A stretch of DNA of 63,705 nucleotides, counting the filler, from Collodictyon triciliatum (taxonomy: Eukaryota): the NCBI GenBank assembly GCA_043381765.1. It is 4 parts of 4 records of this genome, joined end to end, with 100 filler letters (N's around TTAATTAATTAA, not from the genome) between each part and the next. Parts side by side here need not be neighbours in the genome. Positions count along the whole stretch, not along the records: positions 1 to 22,718 come from JBHJMP010001138.1; positions 22,819 to 43,211 come from JBHJMP010001139.1; 2 more parts are not named here. The stretch is one strand, 5' to 3'. Under the pieces are notes generated by a model. The model had not been told where the DNA came from and did not search any database. It was given only the letters and a program-made list of their open reading frames with translations. Both the position numbers and the translations under genes were made by a program. Numbering within the stretch: position 1 is the first letter of the stretch; each line of letters begins with the position of its first letter. Below, in pieces: positions 18,427 to 31,909 of the stretch.

Positions 18427-21317
18427 ATGGTAAGCAACTTGATTCTAACCACCCTATTCCTAAGATGATGTTGGCATGTGACAAGCCCATGGAGGGAGAG
18501 AACAAGAAAGAATAACAAACGTAACGACAGCTGGCGTCAGCGTTGTAATCCAGTATTCCCCTGAGCCGCCATGACCAATCCTTCTTACTCTATTCTACTC
18601 CTTATGAGAGCACCTCCCCCATTCTACTTTCATATACAGAGAAAAGGACAACACCAATAACAAAAGAGACCAAACACTCAACAAGATTTATTGTAGAAAG
18701 AAATACAAGCTCCCTCTTTTTTTTCCCTTTCATGAAAAGCCACCCACAACGAACGCTTCTTTTTCTAACCCCTTATCTATTCCTCTCTCTCTCTCGTAAC
18801 TCTGCACAGGTCAACTTCACCATCGATGAACTGCGCTCCATCATGGACCGCCAACACAACATCCGTAACATGTCTGTGATTGCCCACGTGGACCACGGCA
18901 AGTCCACCCTGACAGACTCGCTTGTCGCTGCGGCCGGTATTATTGCCATCCACCAGGCCGGAGACACCCGCATCATGGACACCCGCAAGGACGAGCAGGA
19001 GCGCGGTATTACGATCAAGTCGACCGGGATCTCTCTGTACTTCAGCTTGCCCGAGGAGGTGCCTCTGCCCGTGGAGGCCAACGGCCGCGAGTTTCTGATC
19101 AATCTGATCGACTCGCCCGGACACGTGGACTTTTCGTCCGAGGTGACAGCCGCGCTGCGCGTGACCGACGGAGCCCTTGTCGTGGTGGACTGCGTGGAAG
19201 GCGTGAGCGTGCAGACGGAGACTGTGCTTCGCCAGGCCCTTGGCGAGCGCATTGTGCCAGTGCTGACGATCAACAAGCTGGACCGAGCCTTCCTGGAGCT
19301 GAAGCTGGACCACGAGATCATGTACCAGAACTTTACGCGCGTGATCGAGTCGGCCAACGTGATCATCTCGACATACCGCGACGAGACGATGGGGGATCTG
19401 CAGGTGTACCCCGAGAAGGGCACGGTTGCGTTTTCGGCCGGACTGCACGGGTGGGCGTTTACGCTGAACCGGTTTGCGCGCATGTACGCGTCCAAGTTTG
19501 GCGTGGATCAAGAGAAGATGCGTCAGCGCCTGTGGGGCGACTCGTACTTTGACCGGGAGGCCAAGGCGTGGGTCAAGACCGGGGGCAAGTCGCTGAAGCG
19601 TGCGTTCTGCCAGTTTGTGCTGGACCCGATCCAGAAGATCTTTGACGCGACGATGAACGAGCAGATGGACGCGCTGGACAAGATGCTGACTGCGCTGAAC
19701 ATCAAGCTGCTGGCGGAGGACCGGGACCTGCGGGGCAAGCAGCTGATGAAGCGCGTGATGCAGAAGTGGCTGCCGGCGGCGGACGCGCTGCTGGAGATGA
19801 TGGTGCTGAACCTGCCGTCGCCGGCCAAGGCGCAGCGCTACCGCGTGGACGCGCTGTACGACGGCCCGCTGGACGACGCGGCGGCCACGGCGATCCGCAA
19901 CTGCGACCCGAACGGCCCGCTGGTGATGTACGTGTCCAAGATGGTGCCGACAAGCGACAACTCGCGCTTCTTTGCGTTTGGGCGCGTGTTCTCGGGGACG
20001 ATCCGCACGGGCAACAAGGTGCGCATCTACGGGCCCAACTACCAGCCGGGCAAGAAGGACGACCTGTTTGTCAAGCCGATCCAGCGCACGGTGCTGATGA
20101 TGGGGCGCCGCACCGAGACGGTCGAGTCTGTGCCGTGCGGCAACACGGTGGGGCTGGTGGGCATCGACCAGTTCCTGGCCAAGGCCGGCACGCTGACGGA
20201 CCTGGACTCTGCGCACCCGATCAAGAGCATGAAGTACTCGGTGTCGCCGGTCGTGCGCGTGGCCGTGGACGTCAAGAACCCTGCGGATCTGCCCAAGCTG
20301 GTGGAGGGGCTGAAGCGGCTGTCCAAGTCGGACCCGCTGGTGCAGTGCTCGATCGAGGAGACGGGCGAGCACATTGTGGCCGGGGCGGGCGAGCTGCATC
20401 TCGAGATCTGCCTCAAGGATCTGGAGGAGGACTTTATGGCCGGCGCCCAGCTCATCAAGTCGGACCCCGTCGTCTCGTTCCGCGAGACCGTCAACGCCAC
20501 GTCGGGCATGGACGTGCTGTCCAAGTCGCCCAACAAGCACAACCGCCTCTACTGCAAGGCCGAGCCGCTGCCCGAGGGCCTGTCCGAGGAGATCGAGGCG
20601 GGCAAGGTCACTGCGCGCGACGACCCCAAGACCCGCGGCCGCTACCTGGCCGACACCTTCGGCATGGACGTCGGCGATGCCCGCAAGATCTGGTGCTTCG
20701 GCCCCGAGGGCACCGGCCCCAACATCGTCATCGACGCCACAAAGGCCGTCCAGTACCTGTCCGAGATCAAGGACTCGGTCGTCGCCGGCTTCCAGTGGGT
20801 CACCAAGGAGGGCGTCCTGTGCGAGGAGAACATGCGCGGCGTCCGCTTCAACATCCTCGACGTCGTCCTGCACGCCGACGCCATCCACCGCGGCGGAGGC
20901 CAGATCATCCCCACCGCCCGCCGCGTCTTCTACGGCGCCGCCCTCACCGCAGAGCCGCGCCTCATGGAGCCCATCTACCTCGTCGAGATCCAGTGCCCCG
21001 AGCAGGCCGTCGGCGGCGTCTACTCGGTCCTCAATCGCAAGCGCGGCCAGGTTGTCGAGGAGAACCAGCGCGCAGGCACCCCCATCTACAACATCAAGGC
21101 CTACCTCCCCGTCACAGAGTCCTTCGGCTTCACCTCCGAGCTGCGTGCCCAGACCTCCGGCCAGGCCTTCCCCCAGTGCGTCTTTGACCACTGGTCCGTC
21201 GTCCAGGGCTCCCCGCTCGAGCCCGGAAAGATTGCCGACCAGGTTGCCGCCATCCGCAAGCGCAAGGGCCTCAAGGACGGCATCCCCGACCTCGACAACT
21301 TTGTCGACAAGCTCTAA
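18427..21317 (+). CDS. EEF2: Eukaryotic translation elongation factor 2 (exon 1 is ATG only; intron 18430-18809)
   Basis: ATG|GTAAGC...GCACAG|GTCAAC gives [10 protein letters not shown]...[37 protein letters not shown], the diphthamide loop [11 protein letters not shown] and [12 protein letters not shown]. Confidence 0.99.
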
Positions 21318-21853
21318 GGACCGCACCGCACCGCACCGCACCCTCTTCTCTCTGTTTCTCTGTCTCTCTGTCTCTCTGTCTCTCTGTCTTTGTCTCTGTC
21401 TCCCTCTCTCGCCCACTTCTTTCCTTGCCTGCCCTACCCTGCCCCTGTGTCTGTGGGTTTGTGAGAGAGCCCAGTGGCATCCTCCCCATCCCATCCCATC
21501 CCATCCCATCCCATCCCCGTGAATAAAGATGAGGCTGTGCCTGTGTGCCGTTCGGCCACGCTAATACCACCCTCATTCTGCGCGTTGGCTGATCCCTGCC
21601 CACACTGCCCAGCATCCTCGGCTGTTCTCTTGGCTTCAGCAGAACTGCTTGAAAATTTTTTTTACCAATCTAATCTCGCCTTGTGCATTTGCTTCCTTTC
21701 TTTGGTGAATCCCTCCGTGAGTGCGTTGTCTCCTCCATGTCAGATACCACAAGCAACTCCCTCTCTTTTTACTTTTTTTTTTTTTCTCCCTCCTTTTTTT
21801 CGATTTGACACACCGTTTGTTGACAGGGCGCAGTACAGACGGCCCGAAAAGCC

Positions 21854-22421
21854 ATGTCCACGGCAGACTTTTCTCTTTTGCAAAAACTTGGTCAAGGTAG
21901 CTACGGCGTTGTCTTTAAAGTTCGGAGGCACGGTTTGTCCGTTTATTTCATATCTTTCGGGGGGGTTTTTTTTTCTAATATTTTTTTTTTTAACTCTCGA
22001 CTATGCTTATCTCTGTGGCTCGATACCAGAGGATGGCCATGTCTATGTTTTGAAAAAGATCGACCTGGCAAAGCTCTCTGCCAAGGAGCAGGTTTGTCCT
22101 CTTATGTGTTTTGTGTTGTTTGTTGTATGATGTTAATGTGTACCCGTTTTCTCTTTCTTTCTTTCCTTCTTTCTTTCGTCGTACTATTTTTTCTATATTT
22201 TTTTTAAGTTATATTCAATATCGTTGTTATTTTTCCTAATCACCCTCTTCACAATTCGATTGAATAATTTCCCACAGCAAGATGCCGTCCAAGAAGTAAA
22301 GATTCTGGCCTCCGTCGACCACCCTTCTATCGTCCGGTACTATGATTCCTTTCTGGAGCAAGCTCACCTCTGCATCATAATGGAATTGGCAGAAAAAGGC
22401 ACACTTTCTGATAAATTAAAA
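21854..22421 (+). CDS. NIMA-related kinase, N-terminal exons (truncated by scaffold end)
   Basis: MSTADFSLLQKLGQGSYGVVFKVRRH|EDGHVYVLKKIDL...|QDAVQEVKILASVDHPSIVRYYDSFLEQAHLCIIMELAEKGTL is a NEK-type N-lobe. Confidence 0.85.
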
Positions 22422-22513
22422 GTATGATTATCCAACCAGAAACAAGGACAATAATAATAATAACAAAACAAAGAAAACCTCCCTTCATCATTTTATTCAA
22501 AGTTCTTCAACCT

Positions 22514-22615
22514 CTCATCTCATCTCATCTCATCTCATCTCATCTCATCTCATCTCATCTCATCTCATCTCATCTCATCTCATCTCATCTCATCTCATCT
22601 CATCTCATCTCATCT
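22514..22615. repeat. (CATCT)n microsatellite, intronic
   Basis: Seen directly. Confidence 0.95.
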
Positions 22616-22718
22616 TTTTCTTTTATTCTTCCATTTTCTATTGTTGTCATCCACTTTCTTGGTAATCATACATGATACATGCAATTGACATGATCATAAT
22701 ATATTGTCTATAGCGATT

Positions 22719-22818
22719 NNNNNNNNNNNNNNNNNNNNNNNNNNNNNNNNNNNNNNNNNNNNTTAATTAATTAANNNNNNNNNNNNNNNNNNNNNNNNNN
22801 NNNNNNNNNNNNNNNNNN
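22719..22818. other. Artificial scaffold-joining spacer (44N-TTAATTAATTAA-44N)
   Basis: Identical 100-nt six-frame-stop spacer occurs three times; genes are truncated on both sides. Confidence 0.95.
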
Positions 22819-22961
22819 TTTTTTTTTTTTTGACATCCCCTTCCTTCAAAATAAAAAAAAAAAAAAAGAAACAAAAATCTCCAAAAATACTTAAGATGAA
22901 AACCAGATGTCTCGTTCATGATTATATACTGAAATATATTGCATATCATCCCTTCTCACAG

Positions 22962-24717
22962 ATTTTAAATGTTGGAGTAAAGTCAGATGCCATCAACGGT
23001 ACATATAAATTAGTTTGTCATAGTCAATAGTAGAAACTTTCTTCATCCAATTTCATAATTTCCTATAATAGTCACAAAATAATGAAGGTTTTTTTCCCCT
23101 CAAGCACATATAGATACGAATTTATATTTGAAAGAAGGAAGCAACAGTTTATGCTCACTGCGTTAATGTGTTCCTATTTATTTTGAAAAAAAACCCAGCA
23201 ATATTTGGTGGGCCTATCCCTTTTACAAAGCCGTCCCATCCAATCATGTCCACTGTCGCATTTCTCGTTGGTGCAGTAGATCCACGAATAGCCGCTGCTG
23301 CTGCGAGTTCAGCACTAGGTTCTCAATCCCTTCTATTCATGTGGGAAACATTAGCCTAGAGTCGTTTTGAAGCTGGCAGAAATGCACCACCTGAGGATTA
23401 AAATTTCTTTAACCTACTTCTAGCAACGCACGAACAGATTGAGGCAGACTCTGAAAGAATGAAAAAAGGTTGTTTTTTAGGAAGATTTTTAAGTTTGAAG
23501 CTATTCCATCATCTACCCCATTAATGATAATGATAATGATAACAATAATGATGATAATGATGATGATAATTACAATTTCAGAGAGACTAACATGATAGGG
23601 TTCGAATAAACAGATGAGAGTATTGCAATGACCGAGAGCGACCGAGACACTCAAGTAGCTGCCAGTTGTGCTCTTGCTGCCACTGCCGTAAAGGCCAAGG
23701 TCTACTGCATGACCTCTATGGATGCATGCACTTCTTTTTGAATTTCACTTATTGTGTTCCATAATAGACCCTTGCTGAGCAAGAAGAACGTGAAATTCAC
23801 TCGCTTATGGCTCTGATATTGGAGAGCAGAATGAAAAAGATTGAAATTAGGATGATGCAGTTTGAGCAACTTGAAGAACTGTTGGATAAAGAAAAAGACC
23901 AGGTTTGGACATATTCAAACTCCCTTTGATTAATCAATCTTCACTCAAGAATTTGTAACGTTGATTTTCTTTCATAAATAAAAACTTGAACTATTCTGTT
24001 TATTGCAGATTGAAATTTTGCGTCAACAACTTTACACGGAGAGGCTTTCCCTTCAAAGTGCGATGAGAGATGTCGATCTGCAACCCTTAGTTCTCAAGAA
24101 GGACACGCGTATAGAAATTCTTACAACTATGTTCCTCATAAAATGATGATAATACGGTTACATTTGCGTTCCTAACTAGTGAGCATCAACATTCAGAACC
24201 ACCAGTGAACACTACATCTGTACCAGAGGCCTCAACCAACCAGACACAGCCAACAACACAGGCAACAACAGCACAAACAACAGCACAACCAACACCTCAG
24301 CCAACAGCACAGCAAACTACAAGCCAGCCGCAGGCAGCAACACCTTCACGCCCGCTTCTATCAGGACTTGCAAACTCTGCACCAACGAGTCAAAATGCAA
24401 CACAATCCCAGTCCCAGTCCCAGTCCCACACGGAGGCCTCACCATCCCAGCAACACACAAACCTGGGATATCCACGCCAAGGATTCGGATATTCGAGTTT
24501 TGCTGGACATACATCCCACACAACAGGAGAAAGCAGAGCGCAAGCTTACACACCATCCCAGAGCTCCACTTTAGATTCTACCACATCCGCCAGCGCACCT
24601 GCTTTGCATCCTCCCCATCCATCCAACACAAGCACCAATTACCCTGGCTCATACAATCCCCTCAGGCGCCTCGAATCTACCGGACAATCTGTGCAAAACT
24701 TCAACTCAGGTATGTGA
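22962..24717 (+). CDS. SWI/SNF subunit SWI3/SMARCC, C-terminal half (SWIRM-associated regions, coiled coil, low-complexity tail)
   Basis: [35 protein letters not shown] and [71 protein letters not shown] match SMARCC1/2 and SWI3 motifs. Confidence 0.88.
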
Positions 24718-25253
24718 AAAAAAAAAAGAGGATTGAAAAACCAAAGACGACAGTGTTTTCTTCACCGAAGTTAAAATTTTTTTAACAACATTTATCTGCC
24801 GTTATTTGCTCTGCAACTAATTCAGTATCGGGACATACACCGAATATGAAAGGTGGAGTCAATGCAGCTCACATGCAGTCCCTCACTCGACCTGGAGCGC
24901 CGGCAGATGAGCGTGGAGCGCATCCACAGTAGGACACGGACTAAGAAAGAGAGACAAAATCAACGACAAGATGGTGGAGGATGAGAAAATGAAAAAAATG
25001 AAGGAAAAAAAATGAAAAAGGAGAAAAAAATGAAAAAGGACTAGGAAGCGCGATGCAGGAGGCGAGATGTAGAACAAGGCAGTGCGCCCTTCAACGCGGA
25101 CACTACCGCCACTCCATTTCCGGAATAAACCCCAAACTGGACGCAATCAACTCTGCCCACTCGCCTGCGCTTGTCAAACACAGGCAGACACAACCCGGAG
25201 GAAGCAGCGCCAGCGCCAAAGAAAAGAGCAACGTCCACAGCCGCAGCGGCACA

Positions 25254-28200
25254 ATGGAGCACGCAAAGACACCGGCCATCCACTCGCTGGTGGCCAAGTT
25301 CGAGACGCAGGCGCAGACAAGCGGGCCTGCAAGCCCGACCGCCGCGTCCGCGTTTGGTGCGTCCATCAAGTCCCCTCGCACGCCCAACGCCGGCGCAGCC
25401 GCCACCCCGACGCACAGCCCTGGGCAGAAGCCCGGCACCGCAACACCGCCGGTCCGCAGCCCGCCGGGTATGCCATCGGCCACTCCGCCCAGCGAACAAA
25501 AATACGCAACAAAAAATACGCAACAAAACACGCAACAAAAACACACAAAAACACACAAAAATACGCGACAATACGCAACAAAACACAAACAAAAACACAC
25601 AAAAATACGCAACAAAAATACGCAACAAAAATACGCAACAAAATATGCAACAAAACACACAACAAAAATATGTAACAAAAATACGCAACAAAACACAAAC
25701 AAAAACACACAAAAATACGCAACAAAACACAAACAAAAACACAACAAAAATACGCAACAAAATACGCAACAAAACACACAACAAAAATACGCAACAAAAA
25801 TATGCAACAAAATACGCATCAAAACACACAACAAAAATATGTAACAAAACACAAAAACTTGTACCAAAACACACAACAAAAATATGTAACAAAACACAAA
25901 CAAAAACAAACAAAAACACACAAAATTACACACACAAAATTAAAATGCATGACAAAAATACAAATAAACAAAAAAATATAAAGGGACACGTGGCAAATTG
26001 CATGATCAACAACACAACCCGCAACATACTCACATCGCAGGCCGAGGCTCTCCATCGTCCAACACCAGCTCGCCACTCCAAGGCAAGGCTGGATCCAAGC
26101 CGCTCAGCCCAACAGCCTCGCCGCCCGTCCCGGCCGCCCCAAAGATGCCGCCGCCCCAGACAGGCTCATTCTTGAGCCCCAGACCGATTTTCCCGGGCGG
26201 CCCGTCTGCATCCACAGCCCAGCCGCCCACCCACGCAGCACCGACCAGGGCGCCACCCGTGGCAAAGCCCACCTCAAAGCCTCCGTCGCAGTCCGCAAAC
26301 CCTGTCCTGCCGCCAAAGTCGGTTGTGGCGAAAGCCCCCCGCAGCCCCGATGCATCGTCTACCGCCTCGTCATCGTCCTCTCTCAAGGTCGACCGCATGC
26401 TCACCTCCAGCTCCAGCTCGCAGGCATCTACTGCGTTTCCACCTCCCGCAAACTCATCGCAGAAGATGCAGCCTGTCTTCCCAAAGAGCGAACACAACGT
26501 CACAGTCATCCGCAGTGGTCGTATCTCGAGTCTCCAGGCAACGTTCGAACCCGGCCGCGACTCTCTCAAATCGTCTACTGGCGTTGCTCTTCACCATACG
26601 AAGCCTCACGCTTTATCCAGCACGCACGACGGTACTCGTAAGTGGTCCTTTATTTACCCAATCTGCTTTCTATTTTGACGTTATTCCATATCCATGAATA
26701 TATACTCTGTTATTCAACTAGCATATGTATGCAATTCCAATTCCAATTCCAATTCCAATTCCAATTCCAATTCCAATTCCAATTCCAATTCCAATTCCAA
26801 TTCCAATTCCAATTCCAATTCCAATTTCAATTCCGAATCGTAATTCGTAATCGGCACACTATTTCCATTCATGTAGAGAATCAAAGTCAATTGTTCAAAA
26901 CAGATACTACATCCATGACCCTCACCGTTCCCTCCTCATCAGTACGCAATTTTTTTCTCTATTACTTTTCGATTACAATCTATGTTGATGGAAGGAATGG
27001 CATGATAAAGTGTGCAAAAAAATCATAGTAGACACGTTTCTGTCTTTTAGATGTGCTGTTACAAAAATGAGATAAAGACATTAATTCATAAATGATAATA
27101 TTCCCTGCAGTAAAGTTAATATACTTACTTTCTGTTTGAAAACACTACATCGGCGATCGCCACGCCAATTAATTATTTCTTTTTTTTTTTATTCTTCCTC
27201 TCAGTTGGAACCAGGATTATCACCAAAGTCTCACATCCCCCGGCAATTAGAAATTAACCCTCCTTTGCACTCAACAATGTCTGGATTACCAGAAAAGAGC
27301 GAGTCTGGTGGAATGATGACTAAATTCTGTATGTAACACTGCTGCTTTTATTTACATATTCATTTTCGATAAAAAAAAATTTCAAAGGGTGCCTCCAGTT
27401 TATGCAGTTTATTATCATCGTAAATCCACCTAGCCAATCAAAAAGAATTCTCTCCTTTGATGATTACATATAATCCTTTATTGAAAAAATAGTTCAGATA
27501 TTTTGGCCTTCAGACCCAGAAGTGGAGATTGGGACTCCATACAGCGTCATACACGAAAATCATGTTACCTTTGATAGCGAAACGGGTGTATTCTTGGTCG
27601 GTTGAGAATAGCTATAAAATACCACTAGGGCCTTATTTCCCTCTACGTGTTCTAAGCACATATCTGCTGTTTAAATAGGGACTTCCTCCAGGTTGGGAAT
27701 CTCTGTTGAAAACGTCTGGTATATCAAAGACTGAGATGAAAAGTGACCCCACCTCTGTTTTGAATGCTATCAGATTTCACGATGAATATCATAATGTCCC
27801 TTTAAATGAGTCAGCTACACGGCAGATGGACTCTATATGCGCCGTCCCTGATGTAAACATAGACCTAATTCATCTCGGTACTTTCAATCCTCATCTTTTT
27901 ATTTTTTATATGTTACTTTCGTTTCATGGACTAATGAGATATCCATTATTATTATTTTTATTTTTAAAAAAAAAGGGACAAGCACGAACTAAGAAAACTA
28001 ATCGAATTCATCCTCTTTCTAGACGACCTTGTAAAGCACGAGAATCCATCAAGTCTGTATCGCATGGAGAAGAAACTTGGAGAAGGGTACAACCCAAGCA
28101 TACTTCCCATTTACCATGCAACAATACCCACACGATTCGTTGCGCACAACTGATTCATTATTTTGTTTAGTGCCTCAGGCTCTGTTTATGCAGCAGTATC

Positions 28201-29897
28201 TCAGAAAACTAGCGAACGCGTATGTCCAAGAGTCCTATACATAGTTTAGATTAGAAAAAAATATTTCTCATTTTATATCACGATTTGATACGACTTAATT
28301 CATATATACTATATTATTATTGACTAAAACATGCTTCAACAATTTACCTTTTTTATTTATTTTTCATGTCTCAGGTTGCCCTTAAAAAAATTGATTTGAG
28401 TCGAAATGCGAATGATAAATTAATCAAAGCGGAAATATACAACATGCAAAGAATAAAACATCCTAACATCATCGCATATATTGCGAGCTACATGACCGGT
28501 AAGGAAATATGGATTGCTTTGGAATTGATGGATGGAGGCCCACTGACTGATGTGGTGACTGGAAATTACAAGATGAATGAAATGCAGATAGCTCACGTAA
28601 CAAAGAAGGTGTGTTTACGTTCAAAGCTGATTCTTATTTCTTTTTTTTCACTGAATACCTTTTTCTTTTTCTGATTCTTATTTCTTTTTTTCACTGAATA
28701 CCTTTTCCTTTTCCTTTTTCTTTTTTCTCTGAATATTTTCTTTCTAATTATATTCATATCGAAATGTTAAGTAATTCCATAACTCAGGTTTTTGATGCAA
28801 TAAATTATCTGCATACTCGTCGATTCATTCACCGAGACATCAAAAGCGATAACATACTTATTAATCGTAAAGGCGAAGTTAAGCTTGGTTCGTCTCCATC
28901 TATGAAGACATATGTAGCACTTCCATTATTTATTTATGTCGTCGTCACTATTCACTATGCACACAATCAAAATCATTTGGTATCCATGCAGCCGATTTTG
29001 GATATTGTGCAAAAGTGACCCAGGATGACCCCAAAAGGTTTCACTCATTTATTTCAATAACCCAAGAAACATTCCACAATTTATTCAGATTGCTATTATA
29101 TGTAGGTCAAGCATTGTTGGAACACCCTACTGGATGGCACCCGAACTGGTCAAGGGTCATGACTATGACACCAAGGTTTTATTTATTTGTTTGTTTGTTT
29201 GGTTGTTTGGTTGTTTGGTTGTTTGGTTGTTTGGTTGTTTATTTATTTGTTTGTTTGTTTGTTTGTTTGTTCGTTTGTTTGTTCGTTTGCTTATTCATAT
29301 TTGTCCCTTTTTGATCTCTACTACCTCTCCCGATAAATATTCTGGAGCTGTAAACCTGCAATCTGTGTATTAGGTTGATGTGTGGAGCATAGGCATTTTG
29401 ATGATAGAGATGATTGACGGGGAGCCACCGTACCTGCATTATCCTCCCATTCGCGTGAGCACATGCTACCTCTATACATTTCACACCCTCGATCAGCTGC
29501 TTTACAAACTTTGATATAGTGGAAAACAAAACTGTTGCTAGCGATTTCGAGTTTTCTTGATTCCGATTACGCTTGTATTAAGATAACATCTCCGTCTTTC
29601 CAGGCGTTATTTCTCATCGCGACCCACGGCACACCAGAAGTAAAGAATGAGAAAAAAATGTCGGCCAACCTGCGGGACCTGCTCTTCAAATGTCTGGAGG
29701 TTGATGTGAGCTCCAGAATCAGCGCAGCGACGGCCGGACGCGTATGGCTTGTTTTGTTGAGCACGATTTGAACGACTGCGCAGATTCGCCACCTTTACTC
29801 ACCCGCCCGCCTGTGCCCACGCGCTCTGCAGCATCCGTTCTTGGAGCGGATTTGCACTGCAGACGAGATTGTCCATATGCTCAAGCCCAAAGTCTGA
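25254..29897 (+). CDS. p21-activated (PAK/Ste20) kinase: Pro-rich N-terminus, CRIB/PBD, kinase domain
   Basis: [38 protein letters not shown]; kinase motifs [69 protein letters not shown]. Confidence 0.93.
25495..25935. repeat. Degenerate A/C-rich tandem repeat (CAACAAAAATACG-like) filling PAK intron 1
   Basis: Lies between the GTATGC donor (about 25468) and the TCGCAG acceptor (26040). Confidence 0.85.
26732..26834. repeat. (CAATTC)n microsatellite, intronic
   Basis: Seen directly. Confidence 0.95.
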
Positions 29898-30196
29898 TGA
29901 ACGCCGCACACCGGGCACTACATTATCGATCCACACCCCGAAGAAGAGCAAAGGCCCAAGGACTCGGCCACCCGCTTGCCACACCCATCCGAAGCCACAT
30001 ACCCGTAACACATAAAACGTCACTTTCCTTCCAGCCAAATCCTTGTGTGTCCGAGTTCGACTCTGTTTTCTGCAATGACATCTGTCAACAGCGCCCCGTT
30101 TGCTCTGTGCAAGTCCCCTGTCGTGTGTGCCTGGTCTGTGTGGCTTCGAGACGGGCAACTGTCTCGCCGCTGTGCTGACGAGGGTTTTGCCTTTAA

Positions 30197-31590
30197 ATGC
30201 AAGCGACATCCGGCCTTATCCACAACCACGCACACAGCCGCCTCTGCCGGAATATCAGCGATCTTTTGTCGAGTGAAAAGTACAAAACACACTGCACTGC
30301 CAACCCCAGATCTTCCCAACAGGCTCAGGCTCAGGCTCAGGCTGATCTGCAGCAGCTTCTTCAATGAGACCAGCCTCGCCATACGGGACTTTTGCACAGC
30401 AGAATGAACTATTGCGGCCGACCGATGAGCCAGACCACGTCGTCGATCTTGGCACAGCCCCGATCGTCCTCAACGCAGAGTCCAAAGACATCGTCGAGGC
30501 AACCGGGGGCCACACGGGCGGCGAAAAAGTCATTGTCCTTCAGTTTCATGCAAAGAATACAATAATCCCTATCGCCCACTTTGATGCCACATACCCCATC
30601 GCGCTGCGTGATTTCGTAAGCACCTACCGCCATCATCACCACCACCATCATCATCGCCACCACCATCATCATCACCATCACCAGGAGTGAGACAGAACCC
30701 ATATTCTCCCTACATCTCTCAGAACCCTCCATAACCAACAACTCGATTACCGCATAGATCACGTCACCTGAGTTCCTAGTCCTCATCAACGCCGTCAATA
30801 GCATAGCGAAAGGGATTTCTGCATGTTTCCGAAGCAAAGAGGATGATTGTTGCGTCTGGCTCTGCTCACCCTTGTACTTTTTCGCTCAAGAGGAGGGACA
30901 ACCTCTGGTATATGACGTGGATACAACACTTTTCCTAGAGGTTTTCTTTGCACCAATTTTCCATATCTTTTGTGCATATTTGAACCATCTTATGTCAACT
31001 AAGCAGGCCTTGGACCTCCGGAATATACTCCTTTTTTTAAAAAACAAAAAACCAACAAACAAAAAACAAAAAAACAAAACAAATAAGTATGCAGAATGCT
31101 ATCTTATGGGAACGCAGGGAAATTGCAATAGAATTGAGAATATCAAACCATGGGTTTTATAGATTAATCAAAATTGTAAACCGCTAGAAACGGCAGGCGA
31201 TCTCGGATTATCTAATGTTCTGCAGCGCAAAGTTTCGTGACCGCGGGGTGACTTTCACTCTGGTCTCAGCCCAGTGCAAAGGGTTCGAGTACGGGCGAGT
31301 GTCACAGCGCTTTTATGACTATCCTTTTTGGGTCAGTAGCTTCCTGTCTCTGTGCCAACCCCACCTTCGCACCTTCCAAGATATTAATATGTGTATAATC
31401 CATGCATCGCTTCGACTTTTGCAGGATGAAATCTGCCCTGTATTTAACTGTTGAAACTATTATTGGCGCCACCCTGCAGATTGAGATCCGACTTTCTGGA
31501 GAGTTCCTGCACATGCTGACCATGATGGACACAACCCATGCGCTGGACTTGTATCCACCATCGGCATTGGCTCGCGTTGGTCTGAACTGA
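30197..31590 (+). CDS. Putative Erf4/Golgin-A7 family protein; one exon junction unresolved
   Basis: AHFDATYPIALRDF|ITSPEFLVLINAVNSI and ISDYLMFCSAKFRDRGVTF resemble the Erf4 pattern F...FP..L.G.I...EF...I..IN...RG..F. The junction between about 30908 and 31188 could not be put in frame with certainty. Confidence 0.45.
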
Positions 31591-31909
31591 GCGACATTAC
31601 CGAAATATTCACCTTCCACTTTGCAAGCATTCCCGATCCCCAGGGTTATAGATGCGCTTCATCTTCCACCATCACGCGAACATCCCAGATAACCAATCCA
31701 AATCAGAACAAAATAAAGTGAGATGGAGCAAAATAAAAACAAGCGGCGGTCAGTTGGATGAATACAAAACAAAGGAAAACAAAACAAAACAAAACATAAA
31801 CGCAGAAACCACGCAGAAAAAAAAAGTCTTCCCCAGCGTCGAAGCCCTCCGTTCTTAGAAACCTGCCGCCCAACCCCTAGTCACAATCCACACAGCACAA
31901 GAAGCATCC

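Noticed and set aside
17606-18433. ORFs of 143 and 112 aa between MOB1 and eEF2
   Set aside because: No recognisable domain or codon bias; likely the divergent promoter region
18777-21509. 910-aa antisense ORF and other alternative-frame ORFs over eEF2
   Set aside because: Shadow ORFs caused by extreme GC3 bias in the real gene; no independent motifs
22763-22774. Palindromic TTAATTAATTAA repeated three times as a possible biological site
   Set aside because: Always centred in 44N+44N; an artificial concatenation linker, so cross-scaffold neighbourhoods are not interpretable
25495-25935. Possible CRISPR-like or coding repeat array
   Set aside because: No unique spacers; degenerate low-complexity repeat inside a GT-AG intron
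28628-28710. ~45-bp tandem duplication in a PAK intron
   Set aside because: Ordinary local slippage duplication with no evident function
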